Made by a program: the position numbers and the translations under genes. The notes beneath the pieces were generated by a model, which saw only the letters and a program-made list of their open reading frames with translations, did no database searches and was not told where the DNA came from. A DNA stretch of 64,000 bases from NCBI RefSeq assembly GCF_032191835.1, contig NC_083231.1, positions 5,518,001 to 5,582,000 of the forward strand, written 5' to 3'. Positions 47,801-60,080 of this stretch are shown in pieces (position 1 is the stretch's first letter; every line of letters starts with the position of its first letter). The DNA is from Heteronotia binoei. Taxonomy: Eukaryota.

Positions 47801-47865
47801 TATTTCTGAGCTTTGCAAACAATTTGCAGAGCAGTGAGTGAAATGGGAGCTGCCAAGGAGTCTGA

Positions 47866-48151
47866 GAGCGTTTTCGCACTGACCTAACTCTGGAGCGACG
47901 TCCCTCTTCACCGCGCAGCGTCTGCGCGGATTTTGCACCAATTGCTCCGCAGAACCCGGAAGAGCCGCAAAGTCCCGCGGCTTTTGCGTCGCAAATGTAA
48001 ACTGGTTTTTGGCGGTTTACATTTGCGACGCAAAAGCTGCGGGACTTTGCGGCTCTTCCGGGTTCTGCGGAGCAATTGGTGCGAAATCCACGCAGACGCT
48101 GCGCGGTGAAGAGGGACGTCGCTCCGGAGTTAGGTCAGTGTGAAAACGCCC
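47866..48151. mobile_element. Near-perfect palindromic MITE (PIF/Harbinger-like)
   Basis: Arms of about 137 bp around a loop of about 12 nt. Termini GAGCGTTTTC / GAAAACGCCC with TGA TSD. Confidence 0.8.
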
Positions 48152-48867
48152 TGAGTCTTCAGCAGGCTTGCACAAGAGAGGTGCCTGCTGAAAATGCCCC
48201 TGGAGTCGCTGCTGTGGCTGAGCCCCGTCTAGGCGATGCATGAGATGATTTCCCCTCAGTTGTGGCTTCTGCAGATCTGTTATACAAATAGCTGCCTCTG
48301 GTGGAAGATGCTGTGGAAGGCCCTGCCTAGGGATGGGCACAAAGTGGCTCATGAACTAAAGTTCATGGTGAATTTTTGCCGGTTCATGGTTTGCAAAGTT
48401 ATGTTTGTGACATGTCAGCTTTCCATGAACTTTCAAGCTGTTTGTGTAGGTTCACACCCATTTGTGAATGGATACATTTCCAGACGGTCTCCACTACCAA
48501 CAAAATGTTTACCAAACTTCAAAGCATCTGTGAAGGCAGGGATTCTCCTGCCTTGGAAACTGTTACCAGTTTTAACCTATCAATCTTAACTAGTCATGTC
48601 ATTTTCAAGAGACCTTTTGTGGTGTTCCTTTCTTGCAAAGAGCTTGCAAAATCCCCCCTCTCTTGCTTGGATCTGTGATTCTGTGTTGAGCTGGCATTGC
48701 TGCAATGGCACTGGGATCTGTTGGGTGCTCTGTGATTGCACTGGTAGTGCTGGGGACCCTGTACATTGTACTGGTTCTTTTGGGGTTGCAAAACTGTCTC
48801 CTAGATTGTGATTGAGCTGGCATTTCCACAATGGCACTGGTTCTGCTGAGCACTAGTACATTGCATT

Positions 48868-49027
48868 CAGGGGTTGTTTTGTAGAAAAATAGGTGGTGAA
48901 GCTCATCCAGGGATTGTTATGCAGCTGCACCTACTATTCAATGGACAAGGTGGGAGGATGAGGGAGAACTGTCAGAAATTTCTAGCAGCTGCGCTTCTGT
49001 GAGCTTCTGCTGAATTCACAAGGCCTG
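48868..49027. mobile_element. Non-autonomous hAT element, 160-bp deletion derivative
   Basis: Perfect 8-bp TSD ATTGCATT; same ends as 17436-17885. Confidence 0.8.
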
Positions 49028-49154
49028 ATTGCATTAGTTCTGCTGGGCTTGCAAAAATGCCTCCAGCTTCAGTTTTTGCTACAGAGCTCCTTTGGGACTT
49101 TGATTCTCTCCTGCTGGGCTTCTATTGCCCTATTGCCCAGAGAGCCATTTGGCA

Positions 49155-49669
49155 GAGAGCCAGTTTGGTGTAGTGGTTAAGTGTGTGGACTCTATCTGGG
49201 AGAACCGAGTTTGATTCCCCACTCCTCCACTTGCAGCTGCTGGAATGGTCTTGGGTCAGCCACAGCTCTCTTATCTGGGAGAACCGGGTTTGATTCCCCA
49301 CTCCTCCACTTGCGGCTGCTGGAATGGCCTTGGGTCAGCCAGAGCTCTCTTATCTGGGAGAACAGGGTTTGATTCCCCACTCCTCCGCTTGCAGCTGCTG
49401 GAATGGCCTTGGGTCAGCCAGAGCTCTCTTATCTGGGAGAACCGGGTCTGATTCCCCACTCCTCCACTTGCACCTGCTGGGATGGCCTTGGGGTTAGCCA
49501 TAGCTCTGGCAGAGGTTGTCCTTGAAAGGGCAGCTGCTGGGAGAGCCCTCTCAGCCCCACCCACCTCACAGGGTGTCTGTTGTGGGGGGAGAAGATATAG
49601 GAGATGGTAAGCCACTCTGATTCAGAGAGAAGGGCGGGGTATAAATCTGCAATTCTTCTTCTTCTTCTT
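49155..49669 (+). mobile_element. Squam3-like SINE with four tandem 79-bp B-box-containing units
   Basis: ATCTGGGAGAAC recurs at 49194, 49273, 49352 and 49431; ends in a (CTT)n tail. Confidence 0.88.
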
Positions 49670-49949
49670 GCTTTTTTGCTGGGACACTTTCTTTGGGGGG
49701 GAGGGCATAACTTGGATCCCATAAATACATCACCAGACTTAGTGGGCAGGTACAGGAGAGTCAGCTGGAGCTCTCCTATGAATTTGGTGTCTCCAGTATG
49801 TAGGGTATGGGTGTTCTACTTGGCCACAAACCCCACAAACTGAAATGGCTCATTTGGCTCTTAAAAGTTTGTGGTTCACAAACCGGGCATGCAACAAGAC
49901 ACAAACCAAACTTCACTTTCCCAGTTCACGCCTATCCCTAGTCCCACCA

Positions 49950-50810
49950 TTAGTTGAACGGACCCATGGGTTCCAACTCAGTATTTTGTTCAGTAAATAA
50001 CTTCCATGCAAGTCCCCAGTTTTTATTGGGCTTATCTCTAAGATGTGGCTTAGGAGGTCTCCAGGGAGCCCAGGTCAAGCAAGCAAAAGTGCTTCAGATC
50101 TGTGGATTGCCTCCTCCTCCTGCTCCTAGTGGAGAATGGCTTGCCGCTCCAGGAGCTCCTTTGCAAGGGCAAAGGTCACAGTGCAGGGCCTCCATACTTT
50201 AAGGAGGTTTATGTGCAGGCAGTGGATAAGGACCCTCGACATGCCCAACCGGACTCTGTACACATAGCTGCCCCAGAAGCCCACTATCGGATATGGCTGT
50301 AACCAGGGGTCCTTTCCTGGCCATCCCAGTGCTGTGGCATAGACAAGCCCTTGGGCCCCAATGGCCAGTTTCTGTGGGCGAACGCTGTGATTGTAATGGG
50401 CCTTTTGCTGGACTTGAGCAGCTTGTAGGGTTCACAGGAAACTTGTCCTGCCTACGTGCCCAATCAGCAGCCAGGATTGCCATAGGGCCCCGGGGAGGGG
50501 GGAGGGTTCGCCCATATAAAGGATCTCCTTTACTGCAAACATCAAAGGGTCCAGCAATTAGTCCCAGTTAGTCAACTTCCCCCGCACAATTTCTTAACAT
50601 GCCTTTTACAGTTTGATTGAACCAGGGGTGTAGAACCCATTTGTTATGAGGGCCGGATCTGACATAAATGGGACTTTTGGGTGCCAGGCAATGCATATAA
50701 TAAAATGTAGTGCCGGATAGTGGAGAAATAAACTTTAAGAACATAAGAGAAGCCATGTTGGATCAGGCCAATGGCCCATCCAGTCCAACACTCTGTGTCA
50801 CACAGTGGCC

Positions 50811-50846
<36 letters not shown>

Positions 50847-53560
50847 GGCTAATAGCCACTGATGGACCTCTGCTCCATATTTTTATCCAATCCCCTCTTG
50901 AAGCTGGCTATGCTTGTAGCCGCCACCACCTCCTGTGGCAGTGAATTCCACATGTTAATCACCCTTAGGGGGAAGAAGGACTTCTTTTTATCTGTTTTAA
51001 CCTGACTGCTTAGCAATTTCATTGAATGCCCCCGAGTTCTTGTATTGTGAGAAAGGGAGAAAAGAACTCCTTTCTCTACTTTCTCCATCCCATGCATAAT
51101 CTTGTAAACCTCTATCATGTCACCCTGCAGTCAACGTTTCTCCAAGCTAAAGAGCCCCAAGTGTTTTAACCTTTCTTCATAGGGAAAGTGTTCCAACCCT
51201 TTAATCATTCTAGTTGCCCTTTTCTAGACTTTTTCCAATGCTATAATATCCTTTTTGAGGTGCGGGGACCAGAATTGCACACAGTACTCCAAATGAGACT
51301 GCACCATCGATTTATACAGGGGCATTATGATACTGGCTGATTTGTTTTCAATTCCCTTCCTAATAATTCCCAGCATGACATTGGCCTTTTTATTGCAATC
51401 GCACACTGTCTTGACATTTTCAGTGAGTTATCTACCATAACCCCAAGACCTCTCTCTTTATAAAGGATACAGAGAAACACAATTAAAGATATTGTTTACT
51501 TAGAATACAATCATGCTTAAAAATCTTGCAATGTTTTGTTTGAAATGGAAAGGTGGGGGGATAGTGGGATTTGGCAATGCAATTTTTTTTTCAAAAGCAT
51601 CAAGAAAAAGCACAAGGATCACCGCAGAAACTAAAAATATAACCAAAATTATAAAATGCTCTGGGCTTAAAAAAACATGAAATGGCTGGACATTGCAAGC
51701 TTCTTCCCCTGTCCCCAGGTCTACTCAGATTGGCAATGGCTCTTCAGTGTACTATCCCCCCCTTGGCTGTGGGTTCCCAGGTTAGAGTACTCACTAGATG
51801 CCAGTTCTAAGGCCCATTCAGCAGAGACATGCTGGCTCAGAGCATCAACCCTTATCTGCAGTCATACAACTCTAGCAAGGAACAGCTTCTAAATGGCCAT
51901 AAACACCCTCTTGGCCCTTGCTTAGTGGTCAGCCAATACCCCATAATGGGCTTGGCCCGAGATGATGGGCTGGACCTGTTGGGGTAGGAGTAGATGTCAT
52001 GTCTCAGGCAAGGTTCCCCAGCCTTTAGGCAAGCCGCCCTCCTTCCCAAACTGGGGAAATCTGTGAGCCCTCCTCTGGTCAAGTACCTGACCCTTGTCCA
52101 CTGCAAGTTGAGCCCTTATCAGCTTGAGGGCCTTGTCAACCTCCACCCAGTGGCGAAAGTCAGGGTTGGATCTCCGGGTGTGGGATAGCTGCCTCTCCAT
52201 CATCAGCAGTCTTGATGGCTACCTCTCTGTCCTGTTGGGTGGCAAATGCCTCTTGCGGGGGTAGAGGGGGACGGATAATTCCTGGCAATGAGGGAGCACC
52301 AATCCCCACCAGCCACCAGTAGGGGAACTTATGCCCCAGCACCACCCGTGTGGGTAATTTAGCAACCAGGGCTAGTGGCAGCTTGACCTGGTAGTGACAC
52401 ACCCAGAAGTGGCCGCATATAGTAGGCCATTCTTCCAGCATCCTGTGGATACAGCAGGCCATCTGGGACAGGCTCTGGATTTATGGTCCCTTGGGAAGGC
52501 CCAGAGTACCCAACCAAAAAAATGCCCCTTTTAGCCGAGAAAACACAGGCATGAGGACCAGGCAGAGAACATTAAAATATAAAGGTTTATTCATTCAGAA
52601 ATGGGCATTTAAACAAGACAAGGTGCTTAATATATATAACAGTTCTATCCCACTCTTCCCACATGGGCTCAGGATTATTGTAAAAGTGCTCCTGGTGTCA
52701 ACTTCTGCCCAGACCTGCTTCCCAAAAATGTTGGCTTGCACCATCAGCAGAGGGTCTGAGCAGCCATAGTGGTTTGGGATGACTGGTAGAGAGAAATTGC
52801 CGTCCATATATGGGCAGTCCCTTTGAAAGTGCCCAGGTAGCCCACTGGTAAAGCACAATCCTCAGGTGGGGATAGCTGCTGGGGACTTACTGTCTGCGGT
52901 GCTTCCGGCCTTTGCATTGGTGGTCTCTTTGCTGAAGTCGGCACAGGTGTTGCCAGTCTGTTATGGGTAGCAGGACCGGAAGGTGAAATCATGGCCATTC
53001 GTGCCCCTCAAGGCTTCTCCAATCACCACCGGTCACCAGTAGGGGAAATCATGCCCCAGCATCACAAGGCTGATCGGGTGCCTGTGCTTGGCTGTCCAAC
53101 CGTTAGGTTTTTGTCTGCACCTTCCCTCCAGCATCTTGGGAGGTTGGCTTCCATCCCCATGAGTTCCCTGTTGTTGTTGGTGGGAATCTTGGAGTTGGTG
53201 CCTGGGTAAGCAGTCTCCATCATCCAAAAGTTGTCCCAAAGCTGTGCCGTGACTTCAGTGATCAAGTTCCTCACCCATCTTCATTCCTCTGATCATTTTA
53301 TGCTAGAGGAAAGAGAGAGATCCTATTATCACATGGGAGGATAGGTAAGTTCCAAAGGCATCTACGTGTCTGCTGGAGGAATGGATGGATAGCCCATAAC
53401 CTCCTTCAGCTTGCCTGATCTTAACCCCACCTTTCCCCAGAATATCTAGTATTGAAGGATACCTCATCCCCTCAAGAGCCACAGCTGAGCTCTTGCTCAG
53501 AAGGAGCTCCTGACCCTCCAAATCCCAGTCACCAGAAGGCCTCCCCACCTCCCCAGTGGG
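49950..53560 (-). mobile_element. Decayed Gypsy LTR retrotransposon internal region
   Basis: CCHC-like CFTSGLPGHFQRDCP, protease-like VWAEVDTRS and LGHDFPYW/LGHKFPYW, and integrase-like remnants. Many stops; interrupted by CR1. Boundaries are approximate. Confidence 0.5.
50735..51460 (-). mobile_element. CR1 3' fragment with an internal (CA)n microsatellite
   Basis: CDCNKKANVMLGIIRKGIENK...LEYCVQFWSPHLKKDI and IEVYKIMHGMEKV...TRGHSMKL; AAGAACATAAG tail. Confidence 0.88.
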
Positions 53561-53592
53561 CTGTATGATTGCCTGTATGACTGTAGGAGAGC

Positions 53593-54133
53593 CAGTTTGG
53601 TGTAGTGGTTGAGTGTGCAGATTCTTATCTGGGAGAACCGAGTTTGATGCCCCACTCCTCTGCATGCACTTGCTGATGTGACTTTGAGTCACAAGTTCTC
53701 GCAGAGCTGTTCCTCTCTAGAGCAATTTCTGTTAGAGCTCTCTCAGCTCCACCTGCCTCACAGGCAGTGTTCCCTCTAAGATGTGTTATAGCAGTCCCAG
53801 GCTTTTTTGGAGCAAAAATGCACAGGAACACAGTTCTGGCTGGCTTGGCATCATGGGGTGTACACAGTTTGGTGTAGTGGTTGAGTGTGCAGATTCTTAT
53901 CTGGGAGAACCGAGTTTGATGCCCCACTCCTCTGCATGCACTTGCTGATGTGACTTTGAGTCACAAGTTCTCGCAGAGCTGTTCCTCTCTAGAGCAATTT
54001 CTGTTAGAGCTCTCTCAGCTCCACCTGCCTCACAGGCAGTGTTCCCTCTAAGATGTGTTATAGCAGTCCCAGGCTTTTTTGGAGCAAAAATGCACAGGAA
54101 CACAGTTCTGGCTGGCTTGGCATCATGGGGTGT
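53593..54133 (+). repeat. Direct tandem duplication of a 269-bp SINE-head/MITE composite
   Basis: 53593-53861 and 53865-54133 appear identical by eye, separated by ACA. Confidence 0.9.
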
Positions 54134-54419
54134 GGCCTAATATGCAAATGAGTCCCTGCTGGGCTGCTTCTACAAAAAAGGCCCCGTGTGAAACAATGGT
54201 GACACCGTGGGGTATGACCTAATATGCAAATGAATTCCTGCCGGGCTTTTTCCACAAAGAGCTTTGAGCAGTACTCTGTTTTTGTTTATACAAGAAGCAA
54301 TGCGGGAGGGGGGGGGGGCTGGGGAGACACATTCTTCCAAATCACGTCCCACTCAAACTGCTCTTTCCCTCCTTCAGTGAGGTTCTTTTCCACCCTCATT
54401 CTTTATGCCTGAACATTTC

Positions 54420-55330
54420 TAATGCCAGTGGGCAGCCATGTTGGTCTGAAGCAATAGAACAAAGCAGTAGACAATTGCACCTTTAAGACCAACTAAGTTT
54501 TATTCAGAATGTAAGATTTCGTATGCTGTTAAGCAGACTTCATCAGACAAATGGGAATGGACGCAGCAATTCTTAATATAAGTTTGCAGTGTGGAATCAT
54601 GGGAATGTTTTTAGCAGATCAAAAGAATCACAAATAGGATCTGTGTTTGTTAGTGTAGAGAAAACCTGTTACTTGTAACAAACCCCGAAGAGACAATAAC
54701 AAAACACCACTCGTGGTCACACACAACCCTCAACTGAAAACAGTTCAACGTAGCAACAACTTACAACCTCTATTGGACAGTGACAGCTCTCTTTCAAAAG
54801 CACTCTCTTTCAAAAGCACACAGACAGCCCCCCAATCTCAAACAACTCCTCACCCACAACAATACAACATCGCATCTGAGCAGGACCAGAGCTTGCAATA
54901 AACCCAAGTGCCAACTTTGCTGCCACATACACCCAGACAACACAATCGCTGGGCCTAACAGCATTAACTATACCATCTCAGGCTCATTCACTTGTTCATC
55001 TTCCAACATTATATATGCCATTAAATGCCAACAATGCCCTTCAGTTCTGTACATAGGGCAAACAGGACAAACCCTATGCCAAAGGATAAATGGACACAAA
55101 TCTGACATCAGGAATTACAGAACTGAGAAACCTGTTGGAGAACACTTTAACCTTCCTGAGCATTCAATGGGTGACCTCAAAGTAGCTATTTTACTGCAAA
55201 GGAACTTCAAGAACAGAATGGAGAGAGAAATTGCTGAATTACAAATTATCATGAAACTTGGAACAAACACCTCCCCAGGACTGAACAGGGATATTGGTTT
55301 TTTATCTCATTACGTATACTAAACCAACTC
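54420..55330 (+). mobile_element. Penelope-like (Neptune-type) element: inverted pseudo-LTR plus GIY-YIG endonuclease coding region
   Basis: KPKCQLC...FTCSSSNIIYAIKCQQC..LYIGQTGQTLCQRINGHKSDI...PVGEHFN...EREIAE...GLNRD. 54470-54660 is the reverse complement of 59880-60080. Confidence 0.85.
54510..54549 (-). ncRNA. Degenerate minimal hammerhead ribozyme motif
   Basis: UGU-CUGAUGA-AGUCUGCU UAAC AGCAUAC-GAAA-UC-UU-ACA. The stem III palindrome is broken. Confidence 0.5.
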
Positions 55331-55689
55331 TCACCGGGTATAGCTGTGCATCCAGTGTTCCTATGTATTTCTTTTTTAGAACAGTGTATCAGAATAATGT
55401 TTTTTTTTGGGGGGGGGGGTTGTGTTGACATGCTGAAATGAGAGATGTGGGCTGTTTGTCTCATTACATATACTAACCCACCTTCCACTATACTTTAATG
55501 CACCCTGTTTTTCTAAGGGCTAACTTACATTATTTCTCTTTTAGAACAGTGTATCAGAATTTTTGTTTTTGTTTTTTTGTATTGACATACTCAAATGAGG
55601 GATATTAGCTGTTTGTCTTACTGCATACACCAACCCATCTTATGGCAAACTATTTGGATGTTATAATCTCTTGAGTAAACATGCTCTCT

Positions 55690-58600
55690 TCTTCTTCTTC
55701 TTGGCTTGACTTCGCGAACGAAGATTTAAGAAAGGTGCAGTAGTCCATGTCTGCTGCAGGCTCGCTGGTGGCTGACAAGACCAATGCGGGACAGGCAGGT
55801 CCGGCCACAGTGGCTGCAGGGAAAAATCTGATTTGGGATTGGTGCTGTAGCAGTACGATTTTTCCTCAATCTCCTTTTATCCTCAAGACCAGCTATGCGT
55901 GCGTTCTCAAAGGAAGAGACAGCCTGGTGGATGGTGTGCCTCCATGCTTTGCGATCTGAGGCTAGAACAGACCACTGGTGATGGTTAATGCAACAGGTAC
56001 CAAGGGATTTCTTCAAGGAGTCCTTGTACCTCTTCTTTGGTGCCCCTCTATTTCGATGGCCGGTGGAAAGTTCGCCATACAAGGCAATTTTGGGAAGGCG
56101 GTGGTTTTCCATCCTGGAGATATGCCCTGCCCAGCGCAGCTGCGTCTTCAACAACAATGCCTCGATGCTTGTAACCTCCGCCCGCTTGAGGACTTCAGTG
56201 TTGGTCACAAAGTCACTCCAGTGGATGTTGAGGATGGTGCGAAGGCAGCGCTGATGAAAGCGCTCAAGGAGTCGCAGGTGATGACGGTATAAAACCCACG
56301 ATTCGGAGCCATAGATGAGGGTTGTCATCACAACCGCTTTGTAAACATTGATCTTTGTGCCTTTTTTCAGATGCTTGTTGCTCCACACTCTTTTATGCAG
56401 TTGGCCAAATGCACGGTTTGCCTTTGCTAGTCTATTGTCAATCTCCTTGTCGATCTTGGCGTCTGAGGAGATGATGCACCCCAGGTAGCTGAACTGCTGG
56501 ACTGTCTTCAGAACTGATTCACCCACAGTGATGCAGGGAGGGTGATAATCTTCCTGGGGTGCAGGCTGGTGGAGAACTTCTGTCTTCTTCAGACTAACTT
56601 CTAGGCCGAATAGCTTGGCAGCCTCTGCAAAGCAGGACGTCATATGCTGCAGAGCTGATACCGAGTGGGAGACAAGTGCAGCATCATCAGCAAACAGTAG
56701 CTCTCGGATAAGTTTTTCCATTGTCTTGGAGTGGGCCTTTAGTCGCCTCAGGTTGAACAGGCTGCCATCGGTGCGATAGCGGATGTAGACACCATCGTCG
56801 TCATCTAAATCTACTGCGGCTCTTTGAAGCATCATGCTAAAGAAGATCGTAAAGAGAGTTGGCACGAGAACACAGCCTTGCTTTACACCTGTGCCTATTG
56901 GGAAGGGCTCCGAGAGATCGTTGCAGTGTCTGACTTGGCCTCGCTGGTCTTCATGTAGCTGGATGACCATACTGAGGAACCTTGGGGGACATCCTAAACG
57001 TTCCAAGATTTGTCACAGGCCGTTCCTGTTAACGGTGTCAAAAGCTTTGGTAAGGTCGACAAAAGTCACATATAGACCCTTGTTCTGTTCCCTGCATTTC
57101 TCTTGGAGCTGCCTGAGAACAAATACTATGTCGGTGGTGCTCCTGTTAGCCCTGAAGCCACACTGGCTCTCTGGGAGGAGTTCTTCTGCAATGGTGGGCA
57201 CCAGTCTGTTCAGGAGTATTCTAGCAAGGATTTGCCTGCGATGGAGAGCAGGGTTATCCCCCGGTAGTTGGAGCAGTCTGACTTTTCCCCTTTGTTCTTA
57301 TGTAGAGTAATGATGATTGCATCACAAAGTCCTGTGGTAGTTTGCCTTGTTCCCAGCAGGTGACAAGTACTTTGTGAAGTGTGCTATGTAGTACTATGCC
57401 CCCATGCTTCCAGATCTCTGGTGGGATTCCATCAACTCCCGCTGCCTTGCCACTTTTCAGTTGCTTGATGGCTTTAACAGTCTCTTCTAGGGTGGGGATC
57501 TCATCCAACTCTGTTTTCACTGGTTGAAGTGGGGTGAGGTGGATTGCTGAATCTTGAACTACGCGATTGGCACTGAAGAGAACCTGAAAATACTCCAACC
57601 ACCGGTTCAGTATGGATGCCTTGTCTGTGAGGAGCACTTGGCCATCTGCACTACGCAGGGGACTCTGAGCCTGATATGATGGACCATATATTGCCTTCAC
57701 GGCTTCATAGAACCCTCTTAAATCACCAGTGTCTGCACATAGCTGGGTTCTCTCTGCAAGCTTGGTCCACCATTCGTTCTGAATGTCTCGAAGCTTGCGC
57801 TGAAGGTTGCTACATACAGCGCGAAAGGTTGCTTTTTTCCCGGGACAGGAGGGCTGAGCAAGATGTGCTTGGTAGGCAGATCTCTTTTTTGCCAGTAATT
57901 CTTGGATCTCTTGATTGTTCTCATCAAACCAGTCCTTGTTCTTCCTTGTGGAGAACCCGAGGACTTCTTCAGAGGTCAACAGGATGGTAGTTTTTAGGTG
58001 TTTCCAGAGTGCTTCTGGAGAAGGATCTGTGAGGCGACTGGGGTCCTCAATTCTTGTCTGGAGTTTTGCCTGGAAGGCAGCTTTAACTTCGGCTGACTGA
58101 AGGCTGCCAACCCGAACAACCTGGCTCCGGGGGATACCGCCTCTCCTGGGTGTAGATTTAAAGTGAAGACGGAGATTGCAGCGTACAAGACGATGATCCA
58201 TATTACATTCTGCACTGGGCATTACTCGAGTGTGTAAGACATCTCGAAGATCTCTCTGGCGCACCAGAATGTAGTCAATAAGGTGCCATTGCTTGGACCG
58301 TGGGTGCATCCAGGTTGTCTTCAGACTGTTCTGCTGGAAGATAGTGTTGGTAATGGTGAGCTGATGCTCCATGCAGAATTCTAGCAGGAGGCGCCCGTTA
58401 TCATTGCAGTTGCCAATGCCGTGTTTGCCAAGTACTCCTTTCCAGGCTTCCGAGTCTTTACCTACTCTGGAATTGAAGTCGCCAAGGATGATCACCTTGT
58501 CCTCTGTAGGGGTCTTCCGTACGAGGCTACGTAGATCAGCATAGAACTTGTTCTTTTCTGCAGGATCTGCTTGAAGGGTTAGGGCATACACACTGAAGAG

Positions 58601-59772
58601 TGTTGCATGCTGCTTGTTTTGAAGTGGGAGGCGCATAGACATGATGCGATCTGAGTGACCTGTTGGCAGGTTTTCGAGTTTAGAGGCAATGGAGTTCCTG
58701 ACCATGAAGCCAACGCCAGAAAGGCGGCTCTCAGCCTTTGACTTACCCGACCAGTAGAGGGTATAGCCAGCACCGTGTTCTTGAAGACTACCTTCCTCAG
58801 GGAAACGGACCTCACTGAGAGCTGCTATGTCAATATTCAACCTGAGAAGTTCGTGGGCAACTAGAGAAGAGCGTCATTCAGGGTGACCACTGTCTACTGT
58901 GTCAAGCATGGTTCTGATGTTCCAACACGCAAGCTTTAGTCTTTGCACACTTTGTGAGGCAGGTGCATGCCTTTTCTTTGTTGTTATTTTTCGACCGCAA
59001 GTAAGGATGCCCGTTGACGGCGGCTAGCCAACTGGGGGGGGAGGGGGAGACGAGCTTTGTTTAGGCCACCTTTTCTAGGCCCCTCTCCATACGGAGCAAG
59101 CAGTGCTGTCCCTAAATAAGGCTGCTTGGTCGTTCAGGGTGCTGCCAAAAAATGCTTTCGTCTCCGGGTCAGCATCAAGCGACCAATACCCTGAACCGCC
59201 TACATGCAGGATCATGACTGCGGCTTCCAGTGGCATCTTCCACCTGCTGTTTTTCCCCTTGCCCATCACTGCAGGACTTAGTATGTTGTGGGTTGTGGAT
59301 GTGGATACCCTTCAGGCCTGTGCAGAGGAATTTTTAGGTGAAGCGGAGTGTGCGCAGTACTGGCTCCACCCTTTCACCATGGGGTCATCTGCCATGGCCC
59401 AGTAAGCCGGGACGCCGGCAGCGAGTCCTCCAGGTGGTAGATGTTACATTAACGAGCTCTGTCTGCTCGGGCTTGATGTTAGAGTTTTCCTTCTCTTGGC
59501 TGGCGAGGTTGGTGAGCCCAACCTGCCCATCCAGTTATACCGCCGGATATTCGGTCGCACCATGACGTGGCAAACTCTGTGAAAACGGAGGGGACCAGCT
59601 AGAAGGTGTTGCCACGGATGCAGTGATGTAGAAGAGGCCATTGCAGTGACCATCTGCCAGGCATAGCCAGACAGTGACCACGCAGCGTTCACTACACCGG
59701 GAAAGGATAGGCCATGTATTGCGCATGCAATTTCCCTGGGGGGGCAGGATACCCGGAGGGAGGCCCCCCCCC
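55690..59772 (-). mobile_element. Near full-length RTE-clade LINE (EN + RT), 4.08 kb
   Basis: LKLACWNIRTMLD...NIDIAALSEVRF, SQCGFRANRST...FVDLTKAFD, GVKQGCVL...LLFADD and C-terminal CSHC...SH. (GAA)n tail and 11-bp TSD ACATGCTCTCT (55679-55689 / 59773-59783). Few stops or frameshifts. Confidence 0.92.
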
Positions 59773-59869
59773 ACATGCTCTCTATTTAAACTAAAAAAGC
59801 AGAATGTTACCTAGATTTATGGCACTCCTACGACAGCAGTCTGCTTTTTATCACCTAGTGTTTTTTCAG

Positions 59870-60080
59870 CCGTTTTGTCCTGCATTAACAAACACAGACC
59901 CTATTTGTGATTCTTTTTATCTGCTAAAAACATTCCCATGATTCCACACTGCAAACTTATATTAAGAATTGCTGCGTCCATTCCCATATGTCTGATGAAG
60001 TCTGCTTAAGAGCATATGAAAGCTTACATTCTGAATAAAACTTAGTTGGTCTTAAAGGTGCACTTGTCTACTGCTTATTT
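59870..60080 (+). mobile_element. Neptune-type Penelope 3' pseudo-LTR, separated from the ORF by the RTE insertion
   Basis: Reverse complement of 54470-54660; contains a hammerhead motif. Confidence 0.75.
59989..60028 (+). ncRNA. Minimal hammerhead ribozyme motif
   Basis: UGU-CUGAUGA-stem II (imperfect)-GAAA-GC-UU-ACA with palindromic AGCU stem III. Confidence 0.6.
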
